Assembly (NCBI GenBank): GCA_963764715.1
Contig: CAVXTP010000008.1
Span: 1-64,000, forward strand
Source: an uncultured Acidobacteriota bacterium
GTDB lineage: Bacteria > Acidobacteriota > Thermoanaerobaculia > UBA5066 > Gp7-AA6
DNA length: 64,000 bases
Direction: 5' to 3'
In this document: positions 8,622-18,301 of the stretch, in pieces
How positions within the stretch are numbered: the first letter of the stretch is position 1
Layout: each line of letters starts with the position of its first letter
Notes under the pieces: model-generated
The model's database searches: none
Told to the model about the DNA's origin: nothing
What the model saw: the letters and a program-made list of their open reading frames with translations, nothing else
Translations under genes and position numbers: made by a program

Positions 8622-10652
8622 TCACATGCGCTGCGGCGACGGGATCCCGAGAAGGTCGAGAAGCGCCGCCATCTCCCTCCGGAAAATACGCGCGACCGCC
8701 AGCCGCCGGTTCCGCACCGCGGCGTCGGGCTCCTGGGCGATCGGCTGGAGGTGGTAGAAGTGGTTGAACCCCTGCGCGAGGACGAAGGCGTGCCGCGCCA
8801 GCGCCGCGAGCTCCAGGGACTCGACCGCCCGCCCGGCGACGTCCGGGGTCGAGGCCGCGTCGAGGGCGATCGCCCAGAGCTCGTCGTCCCACCCTTCGTC
8901 CGACAGCGCCGACGGATCGACGGCCGACGGGATGCCTCCCGCGTCGAGCTTGCGGAAGATGTTGTCGGCGCGGACCAGCGAGTACTGGAGGTAGGGCCCC
9001 GTGTCGCCCTCGAAGTTGAGGGCCTCGCCGAAGTCGAACGCGATGACCTTGGTGCGGCCGACCTTCAGCAGGAAGTACCGCAGCGCCCCGACCGCGATCG
9101 CGCGCGCGTCGGCGTCGGCCGCCTCGGCGCCGCCTTCCTCGCCGCGCCGCGAGGCCACCTCGGCCCGGGAGCGCTCGAGGAGCAGCTCGACGAGGTCGTC
9201 GGCTTTGACCCCCAGGCCCTTGCGCCCGGACATCTCGACGTAGGGCTTCTTCTCGTCCTCGGCCGAGAGGCGGTACTCCTCCCCGAACCGGTCGGCGAGC
9301 TCCCGCGCGGCCTTCGGCGAGAGCGCGACGATCTCGTAGGAGAAGTGGATCGAGGCGTCGGCCTCGCGGTCGTGGCCGAGCGTCCGCAGGCCCTCCCGGA
9401 CGACCTTCTGGGGATAGGACTGGCGCACGTCGATCACGTTGTAGACGCGGGTGGCGCGGCCGAACGCGGGCGCGCCGGGAGACCCGCCCGAGTGCGCCGT
9501 CCGCCAGACCGGATGCGCCCGGATCCGGGCCGGGATCTCGGCCTCCTCGACCGCCCCGGAGCTCCAGACGGGCTCGACGCGCTCGTAGTCGAAGTCGATC
9601 GGCAGGAGGCCGAACTTCCAGAGCTGGTACGCGATGTCCTTTCCCGTGTACGTGACGATCCCGTTGGAGCGGACGAGGATCTTGTCGGGCTCTTCCATGC
9701 CCGCGAACTCGGCGGACTCCGTCAGGCGCAGCACCCAGCATCCGGCGTGCTTGCCCTCGGTTTCGAGGTGGATCGCGCCGGCGCCCTTCAGGAGCTCGAA
9801 GGCCTTCGCCCAGAAATGCTTGTGCAGGATGTCGCTCTCGCGGGGCAGCAGGTCGTACGCGATGCCGATCCGGCCCATGGTCGCCAGGTGCGCCTGCGAC
9901 ACCGCGTCGGACACGACGGCCGCGATCCGGGCGGTCTCGCTGCCGCCCTTCTCCATGGCGTGGAGGACCTCGTCCCGCCAGGCCTTGGTCTCGGGCCGGG
10001 CCGCGTACGTCCGCCCGACCTCCGCGTACAGGTCCCAGCAGAGGTACGCGAAGCCCTTGGGCTGCACGGGCCCGCCGGGGAAGCGGCGCTCGTCGATGAT
10101 CCGGCGGGCGGCCTCGACGCTCGTGACGTTCTGGAGGTGCACGAGCCCGGCGACGACGTCGGCGACCTGGACCCCCGTGTCGTCGAGGTAGTTCTGCACC
10201 TCGACGGCGTGGCCGAGGTGGCGCAGCACCCGGACGAGGACGTCGCCGAGGACGGCGTTGCGCAAGTGCCCGATGTGCGCCGCCTTGTTCGGGTTGATGT
10301 TGGTGTGCTCGACCACGATCTTCCCGGCAGCGACCGCCGGAGCCTCGGGGCCCGCGAGCAGCGCGCGGATGACCGGCCCGCGCTCGAGAAAGAAGTTGAG
10401 GTACCCCGCGCCCTCCACCCGGGCCTCCCGCACCCCGGCCGGAAGCGCCAGGGCTTGGGCGAGCTCGGCCGCGATCGCCCGCGGGGCCTTGCGCAGGGGC
10501 CGGGCCAGATCGAACGCGACGGGGCAGGCGAGGTCGCCCAGCGCGAGCTTGGGCGGCCGTTCGAGGACCACGCGCTCGATCTCGACGCCGAGCTTCTCGC
10601 GCGCCGCGAGCCGCACCGACTCGGTCAACTTCGCGCGCAGGGCTTCGAGCAT
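8622..10652 (-). CDS. argS: Arginine--tRNA ligase
   Basis: EHTNINPNKAAHIGHLRN (HIGH), MSGRKG, FEGDTGPYLQY, C-terminal RM. Confidence 0.96.
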   Translation of the reverse strand: MLEALRAKLTESVRLAAREKLGVEIERVVLERPPKLALGDLACPVAFDLARPLRKAPRAIAAELAQALALPAGVREARVEGAGYLNFFLERGPVIRALLAGPEAPAVAAGKIVVEHTNINPNKAAHIGHLRNAVLGDVLVRVLRHLGHAVEVQNYLDDTGVQVADVVAGLVHLQNVTSVEAARRIIDERRFPGGPVQPKGFAYLCWDLYAEVGRTYAARPETKAWRDEVLHAMEKGGSETARIAAVVSDAVSQAHLATMGRIGIAYDLLPRESDILHKHFWAKAFELLKGAGAIHLETEGKHAGCWVLRLTESAEFAGMEEPDKILVRSNGIVTYTGKDIAYQLWKFGLLPIDFDYERVEPVWSSGAVEEAEIPARIRAHPVWRTAHSGGSPGAPAFGRATRVYNVIDVRQSYPQKVVREGLRTLGHDREADASIHFSYEIVALSPKAARELADRFGEEYRLSAEDEKKPYVEMSGRKGLGVKADDLVELLLERSRAEVASRRGEEGGAEAADADARAIAVGALRYFLLKVGRTKVIAFDFGEALNFEGDTGPYLQYSLVRADNIFRKLDAGGIPSAVDPSALSDEGWDDELWAIALDAASTPDVAGRAVESLELAALARHAFVLAQGFNHFYHLQPIAQEPDAAVRNRRLAVARIFRREMAALLDLLGIPSPQRM

Positions 10653-10688
10653 GGGGCGCGAGTATATCGGGGGGATTAGAATGCCTTC

Positions 10689-11168
10689 ATGAGCGCCGCC
10701 GTCGTCCGCTCGATCGCCGTTCACGCCTCCGCGGCGGACGTCTTCGACGCGTTCACGCGCGTCTCCGACCTCCTGTCGTGGCTGTGCGAGGGGGCGCTCG
10801 TGGGCCTGCGGCCCGGCGGGAACTGGGCGGTCGGGTTCACCAACGCGCGGGGGATGACCGAGGCCACGGTCCTCGGGAAGATCGCCGACTTCGAGCGCGG
10901 CAAGCGGCTCGTCGTCGAGGAGATCTCGTACGAGCCGGCCCGGGGCGAAGCGCTCGCCGGGATCCGGCTGGAGCTGACGATCGCCGAGCAGGGCGAGGGG
11001 TGCCTCGTGACGATCGCCCAGGACGTGCCTGACGCAGGACCCGCCTACGCGGCGTATCGCGGCGAGGCGGGGACCGGCTGGGAGTCGAGCCTCGCGGACC
11101 TGAAGAAGTACCTCGAGGGGCCGCGGCGCCGGCGCATCACGATCGAAGCCGGCCTGATGGCGAATTGA
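10689..11168 (+). CDS. SRPBCC/AHSA1 domain protein
   Basis: VFDAFT...LLSW...LRPGG and C-terminal GW...L..LKKYLE pattern. Confidence 0.8.
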   Translation: MSAAVVRSIAVHASAADVFDAFTRVSDLLSWLCEGALVGLRPGGNWAVGFTNARGMTEATVLGKIADFERGKRLVVEEISYEPARGEALAGIRLELTIAEQGEGCLVTIAQDVPDAGPAYAAYRGEAGTGWESSLADLKKYLEGPRRRRITIEAGLMAN

Positions 11169-11908
11169 GCAAGGCGACGGTGGAAACGGAGACCTGCAGG
11201 ATCTGCGGCGGCGGGGGCTGGGTGCTCGACTCCTCCGACGGGCGCAAGCTCGCCCATCCGTGCGTCTGCCGGGGCGCCTCGATCGCGCGCGCCCGCCTCG
11301 ACTCGGCGGGGATTCCGCAGCGCTACCGGGACTGCACGCTCGAGAACTTCTCCGACAACACCGTCAGCCTGACGAGCGCGCGCGCCCGCGCCCGGGAGTT
11401 CGTCGACGCGTACCCCGCGGTCGAGGCCGGGCTGCTGCTCGTCGGCCCCTCCGGCCGGGGCAAGACCCACCTCGCCTGCGCCATCCTCTCGGAGCTCGTC
11501 ACGACCAAGGGCGTGACCGGCCTCTACGTCGACTTCTCCGATCTCCTGATGAAGATCCAGACGTCCTTCCGGCCCGACGCCGACGTTTCCAAGGAGTCCG
11601 TGCTGACGCCGTACGCCGAGGCCGAGGTCCTCGTCCTCGACGAGCTCGGCGCGTCCAAGCCCCATCCCTGGGTCCTCGACGTCCTCTACAGCCTGCTCAA
11701 CTCCCGGTACAACCGCAAGAAGGTGACGGTCGCGACGTCGAACTTCGAGGACGAGATCGACGCGTCGGCCGGCGAGCGGGAGAAGCTCGAGGACCGCATC
11801 GGCTATCGCCTCCGCAGCCGCCTCTACGAGATGTGCCTGATGGTGCCTCTCCGCGGAGGCGACTTCCGGAAGGACGTCCTGGGAACGCGGATCCGGTCCA
11901 GGTTTTGA
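11165..11908 (+). CDS. DnaC/IstB-like ATPase
   Basis: N-terminal CxxC...CxC, GIPQRY, Walker A GPSGRGKT, Walker B LVLDELG, RLRSRLYEMC. Confidence 0.88.
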   Translation: MSKATVETETCRICGGGGWVLDSSDGRKLAHPCVCRGASIARARLDSAGIPQRYRDCTLENFSDNTVSLTSARARAREFVDAYPAVEAGLLLVGPSGRGKTHLACAILSELVTTKGVTGLYVDFSDLLMKIQTSFRPDADVSKESVLTPYAEAEVLVLDELGASKPHPWVLDVLYSLLNSRYNRKKVTVATSNFEDEIDASAGEREKLEDRIGYRLRSRLYEMCLMVPLRGGDFRKDVLGTRIRSRF

Positions 11909-14151
11909 GCCACCGGCTCTCCCGGCGCGCCGCGCGCCTCCTTTTCCCGACGCTGCTGTTCGCGGCGGCGGCCGCCTGCACGACGACCAAGCCGCCCGCG
12001 CCCGCGCCGCTGCCCTCGCCGGTCGAGGCCCCCGTGCCGGTTCCGGCCCTGGCCGTCCAGGCGCCGGCCCTCGCGGCGCCCTCGGGCGTCGTCTACCGTC
12101 TCGGGCTCAAGAGCGACCTGACCGAGTTTTCGACGGGCACGGCCGGAACGCTCTGGGTCGTGGCGTCGGGCGAGCGCGCGGAGCTCCTGCAGGGACCGAT
12201 CGTGTTCCGGTCGGGGGGCCCGGCCGGTGCGCCGGCCTCGTTCCAGGTGCAGGCCGGCGCGTTCTCGCAGGAGGAGCCGGCCCGCCGGCTGGCGGACCGC
12301 CTCTCGGCCGCGCTCTCGACGCCGGGCGAGGTCGCCTTCTCGGCCGACCGGGGGCTGTATCGCGTGCTCCTCGGCGGGTTCCCCGCGCGCTCCGACGCCG
12401 AGGCCCTGCTCGAGCGTCTCAAGGCGCAGGGCCAGGACGGGTTCGTCGTCCCGGGGGCTCCGCGGCCGGCCGGGGCGGCCCCGGTCCCGATCCCGATCGC
12501 CGTCTCGGGCGCGACCGGCGCGCCGCTCGAGCTCGCGTCGCCGGTCGACGTCTACGGGCCCGCGCCGGACGTCCGGGTCTCGGTCGACGGCGTCGCGTAC
12601 CGCGGGAGCCTGCGCGTGCTCGTGAATCCCCGCGGGACGCTGAACGTCGTCAACCGCATCGACCTCGAGGAGTACCTCTGGGGCGTCGTGCCGGCCGAGA
12701 TGGGTCCCAAGCGGTTCGACGCGATCGAGGCGCTCAAGGCCCAGGCCGTGGCGGCGCGGACGTACGCCCTCGCGCATCGCGGGCAGTTCGAGGCCGAGGG
12801 CTACGACATCTGTCCGGGGCCGAAGTGCCAGGCCTACGGGGGCGCGGCGATCGAGGACCCGCTCTCGACGGCGGCGGTCGACGGGACCCGGGGCCTCGTG
12901 CTGGCCCACGACGGGCAGTTCGCCGACGCGCTCTACGTGTCGACGTGCGGCGGCGTCACCGAAAACGTCGAGAACGTGTTCTCGGGAGGGCCCGTGCCGT
13001 ACCTCGTTTCGGTCGAGTGCGGCGAGCTCGCGGCCGAGGAGATCGCCGGGGCGGCCGTCGCCCGGGACGGCGGCGGCGCGCGGAGCGGCCTCGCGTGGCG
13101 GGGCTACGTGCTGCGCCGCCTCGCGCCACGCAAGGCCGCCACGCGGGCGGCGAGCCTCGAGACGGCGCAGAAGCTCGCGGGCGTCCCCCGCAAGGGCGCG
13201 CCGCCGGCGAAGCTGACGCCCGCCGCGGTTTACCCCTCGCTCGTCACGGCCTTCGACCTGACCGAGGCCCGCGCTCTGCAGCTGACGCGGCGGGACGAGG
13301 TTTACTTCGACGAGCAGCCCGGCGCGGCACGGGGCCTCTCCGGGCCCGCGCGCGGCGCGTACGAGTTCCTGCTGCGGTTCCGCTTCGCCAACGACGCGCT
13401 TCCCCCCGCCGACCGCGAGCTGACGGAGGAGGAATACGGCGGGCTCGCGTTCTCGATCGCGCTCCGCACGCTCGGCGTCACGGAGGGGAGCGGGCGCTTC
13501 CTGTCGCGGGAAGGCTCCAACCTCTGGGTCAAGGCGACGGAGGGCCGGATCGGCCTGCCCGTCGACCCGGAGGTGCCCTTCGCGCGGAGGATCGGCGACG
13601 CGTTCTACCCGACGAGCGTGCTGCGCCTGCGGGCCGGGGACCGGGTGCGCTGGTTCAAGGACAACGGGCGCCTCCTCGCCTTGTGGGTGGAGCTCGATCC
13701 GGACGGCCCCACGTTCGAGCGCGAGTCGGCCTGGACGGAGTGGGTGCGCCGCGTGCCGGCCCGCGAGCTCGCGCGGCGCATGGCCGGGCGGGTCGCCGGC
13801 AACGAGGTGCGCGAGATCACGATCACCCGCCGGAGCCCGACCGGGCGCGCGATCGAGATGCGCGTCAAGACGGACCTCGCCGAGGCGACCTTCCGGAAAT
13901 TCGAGCTGCGGCAGGCCGTGGAGATGCCGGAGATGCTCTTCTCGGTCACCCGGGTCGACGGGCCGGGGGAGGAGAAGGCGTTCGTCTTTCTGGGGCGCGG
14001 CTGGGGCCACGGCGTGGGGTTGTGTCAGAACGGCTCGTACGGGATGGCCCTGGCCGGCTGGACGTACGACCAGATCCTGAGGCACTACTACACGGGGATC
14101 GACATCGTCTCCTCCGGGACGGTGACCGCCGCCGCCCCCTCGACCCGCTGA
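11905..14151 (+). CDS. SpoIID/LytB-domain lipoprotein with SPOR domain (peptidoglycan lytic enzyme)
   Basis: Signal peptide with Cys, VQAGAF SPOR motif, EEYLWGVVPAEM...EALKAQAVAARTYA, GWGHGVGLCQ. Confidence 0.9.
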   Translation: MSHRLSRRAARLLFPTLLFAAAAACTTTKPPAPAPLPSPVEAPVPVPALAVQAPALAAPSGVVYRLGLKSDLTEFSTGTAGTLWVVASGERAELLQGPIVFRSGGPAGAPASFQVQAGAFSQEEPARRLADRLSAALSTPGEVAFSADRGLYRVLLGGFPARSDAEALLERLKAQGQDGFVVPGAPRPAGAAPVPIPIAVSGATGAPLELASPVDVYGPAPDVRVSVDGVAYRGSLRVLVNPRGTLNVVNRIDLEEYLWGVVPAEMGPKRFDAIEALKAQAVAARTYALAHRGQFEAEGYDICPGPKCQAYGGAAIEDPLSTAAVDGTRGLVLAHDGQFADALYVSTCGGVTENVENVFSGGPVPYLVSVECGELAAEEIAGAAVARDGGGARSGLAWRGYVLRRLAPRKAATRAASLETAQKLAGVPRKGAPPAKLTPAAVYPSLVTAFDLTEARALQLTRRDEVYFDEQPGAARGLSGPARGAYEFLLRFRFANDALPPADRELTEEEYGGLAFSIALRTLGVTEGSGRFLSREGSNLWVKATEGRIGLPVDPEVPFARRIGDAFYPTSVLRLRAGDRVRWFKDNGRLLALWVELDPDGPTFERESAWTEWVRRVPARELARRMAGRVAGNEVREITITRRSPTGRAIEMRVKTDLAEATFRKFELRQAVEMPEMLFSVTRVDGPGEEKAFVFLGRGWGHGVGLCQNGSYGMALAGWTYDQILRHYYTGIDIVSSGTVTAAAPSTR

Positions 14152-14176
14152 CGCGGGCCGGCGGTAGAATCTCCCC

Positions 14177-15325
14177 GTGAGCACCGCCGCCCCGGCCGAA
14201 CGCACCGCCATCCTCCACACCCTGTCGGACTTCTGCGAGGCCGAGATCCGGCCCCACGTGATGCGCTGGGACGAGGCGCAGGAGTTCCCGCGCGAGGTCT
14301 TCCGCAAGCTCGGCGGGCTCGGGTTCCTCGGCGTGCTCTTCCCCGAGGAGTACGGCGGCGCCGGACTCACCTACATGGACTACGCCGCGATCGTCGAGGA
14401 GATCGCGAGCGTCGATCCGTCGGTCGCGCTGTCGGTCGCGGCGCACAACAGCCTCGGGTCCAATCACCTCTTCCAGTTCGGCTCGGAGCCGCAGCGCCGG
14501 CGCTACATGCCGAAGCTGACCTCCGGCGAGTGGCTCGCGGCCTGGGGCCTGACCGAGGCGGAGGCCGGGTCCGACTCGAGCGGTACCAAGACGACCGCGG
14601 TCCGGGACGGCGACTCCTGGGTCTTGAACGGCGCGAAGAACTTCATCACGAACGCCTCGGTCGGGTCGTTGGCGATCCTGATGGCCGTGACCGATCGGGC
14701 GCGCGGAAACCGCGGCATCTCGGCCTTCGTCGTCGAGCTCGACAATCCCGGCATCCGCGTGGGGAAGAAGGAGAACAAGCTCGGCATGCGGGCCTCCGAC
14801 ACCTGCACGCTCGTCATGGAGGACTGCCGGGTCTCGGCGGACGCCCTGCTCGGCGCCGAGGGCGCGGGCTGGGTCGACTCGATGAAGATCCTCGACGGCG
14901 GCCGGATCTCGATCGCGGCGCTCTCGGTGGGCCTCGCGCGCGGGGCCTACGAGGCGGCCCTGCAGTACTCGAAGGAGCGGCGCCAGTTCGGCAAGGCGAT
15001 CAGCGAGTTCGAGGCCATCCAGTTCTATCTGGCCGAGATGGCGACCGAGATCGACGCGGCGCGTCTTCTGACCGAGAGGGCCGCGCAGGCCAAGGACGCG
15101 GGAGAGCCGGTGACGCGCTTCTCGGCGCAGGCCAAGCTCTACGCCTCGGAGATCGCGGTGCGCGCGACCGACCGCGCGATCCAGATCCACGGCGGGTACG
15201 GCTTCACGAAGGACTTTCCGGTCGAGAAGTTCTACCGCGACGTCAAGCTCTGCACGATCGGCGAGGGCACGAGCGAGATCCAGAAGCTCGTCATCGCCAA
15301 GCAGCTCCTCGCGGACGGCGCATGA
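14177..15325 (+). CDS. Acyl-CoA dehydrogenase
   Basis: [44 protein letters not shown]. Confidence 0.95.
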   Translation: MSTAAPAERTAILHTLSDFCEAEIRPHVMRWDEAQEFPREVFRKLGGLGFLGVLFPEEYGGAGLTYMDYAAIVEEIASVDPSVALSVAAHNSLGSNHLFQFGSEPQRRRYMPKLTSGEWLAAWGLTEAEAGSDSSGTKTTAVRDGDSWVLNGAKNFITNASVGSLAILMAVTDRARGNRGISAFVVELDNPGIRVGKKENKLGMRASDTCTLVMEDCRVSADALLGAEGAGWVDSMKILDGGRISIAALSVGLARGAYEAALQYSKERRQFGKAISEFEAIQFYLAEMATEIDAARLLTERAAQAKDAGEPVTRFSAQAKLYASEIAVRATDRAIQIHGGYGFTKDFPVEKFYRDVKLCTIGEGTSEIQKLVIAKQLLADGA

Positions 15326-16317
15326 CCTCGGCTTCGGGCGCCGGGCCCGACGAGCTCGCCCGCGGGGTCCTCGCGGGCCGGGCGCGCTCGATCGGCCGGG
15401 CGATCTCCGAGGTCGAGCGGGACTCGGGCGTCGTGCCGGAGATCCTGCGCCGCCTCTTCCCGCAGACCGGCCGCGCGCGGATCATCGGCATCACCGGGCC
15501 GCCGGGGGCCGGCAAGTCCACGCTGGTGCAGCGCCTCGCCCAGGCCTTCCGCCGCGAGGGACGGACCGTCGGCATCGTGGCCGTCGACCCCTCCTCGCCC
15601 TTCACGGGCGGCGCGATCCTCGGCGACCGGATCCGCATGGCCGAGATCTACACCGACCCCGGCGTGTTCATCCGGTCGATGGCGACGCGCGGCGCGCTCG
15701 GCGGCCTCGCCCGGGCGACGAGCGACGCCGTCGACGTGCTCGACGCCGCCGGCTTCGAGGTGATCCTGATCGAGACGGTCGGCGTCGGCCAGGACGAGGT
15801 CGACGTGGTGCGGGCCGCGGACACCACGGCCGTGGTGCTCGTTCCCGGCCAGGGCGACGACATCCAGGCGATCAAGGCCGGGATCCTGGAGATCGCCGAC
15901 GTCTTCATCGTCAACAAGGCCGAGCGCGACGGCGCGGACCGGGCGGTGGCCGAGCTCGCGATGATGCTCGACCTCTCCCCGGCCGGGGGATGGCGCCCGC
16001 CGATCGTGAAGACTTCGGCGACGACGTCGGCCGGCGTGCCCGAAGCCATGAAGGCGCTCGCGGCGCACGGGCTTCATCTGGCGCAGTCTTCCGAAGGCGC
16101 TCGGCGCCGCGCCCTGCGGGCGCGCTCGCGGCTCCTGGCGCTCCTCGAGGGGCGGTTCCGGCGGACGGTCGAGGATCGCGCTCCCGAGCCGGACGGCCTG
16201 GAGGAGGCCGTCGCCGCCGTGACGGCGCGGCGCGAGGACCCCTACTCGGCGGCCGGACGCCTCTTCGAGCGGCTCGTCCGCGCCGGAGACGAGGCCCCGG
16301 CGGGACGCGGCGCGTGA
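15322..16317 (+). CDS. meaB: Methylmalonyl-CoA mutase-associated GTPase MeaB
   Basis: [49 protein letters not shown]. Confidence 0.94.
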   Translation: MTSASGAGPDELARGVLAGRARSIGRAISEVERDSGVVPEILRRLFPQTGRARIIGITGPPGAGKSTLVQRLAQAFRREGRTVGIVAVDPSSPFTGGAILGDRIRMAEIYTDPGVFIRSMATRGALGGLARATSDAVDVLDAAGFEVILIETVGVGQDEVDVVRAADTTAVVLVPGQGDDIQAIKAGILEIADVFIVNKAERDGADRAVAELAMMLDLSPAGGWRPPIVKTSATTSAGVPEAMKALAAHGLHLAQSSEGARRRALRARSRLLALLEGRFRRTVEDRAPEPDGLEEAVAAVTARREDPYSAAGRLFERLVRAGDEAPAGRGA

Positions 16318-16730
16318 CGGCGTACAAGATCGACCACCTGGGAGTCGCCGTCGCATCGATCGACGACGCGCTCGCGGTCTACCGGGCGCTCGGGCTCGTC
16401 GAGGTCAAGCGCGAGGAGGTTCCCACCCAGAAGGTCACCGCGGCGTTTCTCCCGGTGGGGGAGAGCCGCATCGAGCTCCTCGAGCCGACCTCCGGGGACT
16501 CGCCGGTGGCGAAGTTTCTCGAAAAACGCGGCGAGGGCATCCACCACGTCTGCTTCGCCGTCGAAGACATCGAGGCCGCGCTGGCGGACCTCGCGGCGAA
16601 GGGCTTCCGGCTCATCCACTCCGAGCCCGTGCCGGGCGCCGACGGCAAGCGTGTGGCGTTCCTCCACCCGCAGGCCGGGCGCGGCGTGCTGATCGAGCTC
16701 GCGGAGACCGGCGGAAAGGCCGGACCGTGA
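16314..16730 (+). CDS. mce: Methylmalonyl-CoA epimerase
   Basis: KIDHLGVAV, IELLEP, GEGIHHVCF, AFLHP...GVLIEL; adjacent to meaB. Confidence 0.92.
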   Translation: MTAYKIDHLGVAVASIDDALAVYRALGLVEVKREEVPTQKVTAAFLPVGESRIELLEPTSGDSPVAKFLEKRGEGIHHVCFAVEDIEAALADLAAKGFRLIHSEPVPGADGKRVAFLHPQAGRGVLIELAETGGKAGP

Positions 16731-17050
16731 AAGTCGGCGAATACGTCCTCGTCCACCTCGTGAACCCGCGCGAGAAGTTCTGGGGAATGCTCAAGGACCG
16801 CGACGGTTCGGGGCTGACCGTGCGGGGCCTGTCGCTCGAGGGTTTCGAGGGCTGGCTCCGGGAGATCGCGCGGCGCGAGACCGTCACGGTCCTTCCGGCG
16901 ACGGTGTTCTTCCCGCTTCATCGCGTCGAGCGCGTGTTCCTGGACGAGACGGCCGGGGACTTCGTCTCCTTCGCCGACCGGTTCCGGCGGACGGTCGGCG
17001 AGGACGCGCGCTACTACCTGACGCCGATGCCGGAAGAGACGCTGGAGTAG
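16727..17050 (+). CDS. Hypothetical protein (possibly Sm-like beta fold)
   Basis: Coupled ORF with typical codon usage; LVHLVNPREKFWG...FFPLHRVERVFLD. Confidence 0.7.
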   Translation: MKVGEYVLVHLVNPREKFWGMLKDRDGSGLTVRGLSLEGFEGWLREIARRETVTVLPATVFFPLHRVERVFLDETAGDFVSFADRFRRTVGEDARYYLTPMPEETLE

Positions 17051-17066
17051 GGCTCGGCCCGCGCCG

Positions 17067-17507
17067 TCAGGCGCGGAGGTGATCCGGTTGCCAGTCGCGG
17101 ATCTTCCGCTTGATCGCGTCGCGGCCGCGGATCCCGCCGTCGAGCACCTCCCGCACGAGCGCGGGAAGCTCCCCGTCGGACGCGAAGCGGAGCGCGACGA
17201 GCTGGCCGGTGGAGAGCTCCGGGATGCGGGGCGCGAGGTCTCCGGAGAGGAGCTTCTCGAGGCGCAGGCGCATCTCGAGCCGGATGACCCGATCCTGCAC
17301 CGTCAGGGCGAAGAGCCGCATGTAGAAGAAGAAGCCGAAGAACGCCAGGGCCATGGCCACCCCCCAGGCCGAGCCGAACGACGGCGAGCGTCCGGCCTGG
17401 AGAAGGCACCAGACGAAGTTGACGACGAGAATGCCGAGGAGGACGAAGTGGTAGGGGGGGACCCACCGCGCATGGCGGGCGTAGGACTGCGGCTTTCCGT
17501 CCCTCAC
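17067..17507 (-). CDS. DUF6526-like membrane protein
   Basis: QSYARHARWVPPYHF, QDRVIRLEMRLR, QLVALRFASD, IRDWQPDHLR. Confidence 0.75.
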   Translation of the reverse strand: MRDGKPQSYARHARWVPPYHFVLLGILVVNFVWCLLQAGRSPSFGSAWGVAMALAFFGFFFYMRLFALTVQDRVIRLEMRLRLEKLLSGDLAPRIPELSTGQLVALRFASDGELPALVREVLDGGIRGRDAIKRKIRDWQPDHLRA

Positions 17508-18226
17508 AGAACGACGTTCTTGACGAAGAAGTCGGCGGCGGTCACCTGGCCGTTGACCAGGAGCCGCGCCTGCTCGGGGGACATGTCGAGCGTGCCGCCC
17601 GACTCGCCCGAGGAGGTCGTGAGGACGATGCGGATGGTCTGCGGGACGCCGCGGCTGGCGGGGTCGGAAAGCGCGCGCGCCGTGGCGTTGATGGCGTTGA
17701 AGACGTTCTCCTCGGTGTTCGTCGTGACGAGGACGCCGGTCTTCCCGCGGAAGTTGGTCAGCTTGTACTGCGTGATCCCCGCGCCGTCGAAGACCTTGAC
17801 GAACGCCGTCTGGAGCGCCGGGTCGACGGTGCCGAACGAGGGGCCGGAGCCTTCCACCGAGGGCTTCTGCGCGCCCGTGGCGGGCAGCTCCATGCGGGGC
17901 TTGTTGTTGCGAATGTAATCCTGGACGCGCGCCGGCTGCGGCGCCTCGGGGGCGGGCGTCGGCTTCTTGCTGTCGGGCGTGTCGATGGCGATGACGTTGC
18001 CGAAGTTCTCCTTGTTGTACTTCTCGGACCCCTCGACGTCGATCTCGTCGAGCTTGATCGCGGTCACGGTGCCGTTCTCGAGGGTGATGATCGCCCGGTC
18101 GCCCTTCACCGAGTACTTGCTCCGCGCGAAGATCAGGGAGCCGTCCTTGAGCTTGACGACGTAGGCGAACGCCGGCGCGGAGAGCGCGAGAAGCGCCGCA
18201 AACGCGATTCCTAGGGCCTTTTTCAC
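17504..18226 (-). CDS. Hypothetical secreted protein
   Basis: Signal peptide MKKALGIAFAALLALSAPAFA; GGAGG SD. Confidence 0.75.
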   Translation of the reverse strand: MKKALGIAFAALLALSAPAFAYVVKLKDGSLIFARSKYSVKGDRAIITLENGTVTAIKLDEIDVEGSEKYNKENFGNVIAIDTPDSKKPTPAPEAPQPARVQDYIRNNKPRMELPATGAQKPSVEGSGPSFGTVDPALQTAFVKVFDGAGITQYKLTNFRGKTGVLVTTNTEENVFNAINATARALSDPASRGVPQTIRIVLTTSSGESGGTLDMSPEQARLLVNGQVTAADFFVKNVVL

Positions 18227-18263
18227 GGTGGCGACCCCTCCTCCGGCGCCCGGCGACGCCGGT

Positions 18264-18292
18264 TTGACACGATCTGCCGCGCCTCAGATGAT
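18264..18292 (+). promoter_or_regulatory. Sigma70-type promoter of the aroF-carA-lolE unit
   Basis: TTGACA-N17-GATGAT, 9 nt before ATG 18302. Confidence 0.5.
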
Positions 18293-18301
18293 AGCACCCC
18301 G

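Noticed and set aside
11165-11908. IS21 element or prophage replication module
   Set aside because: No IstA transposase, terminal inverted repeats, integrase or phage genes nearby; the gene is coupled to cellular genes.
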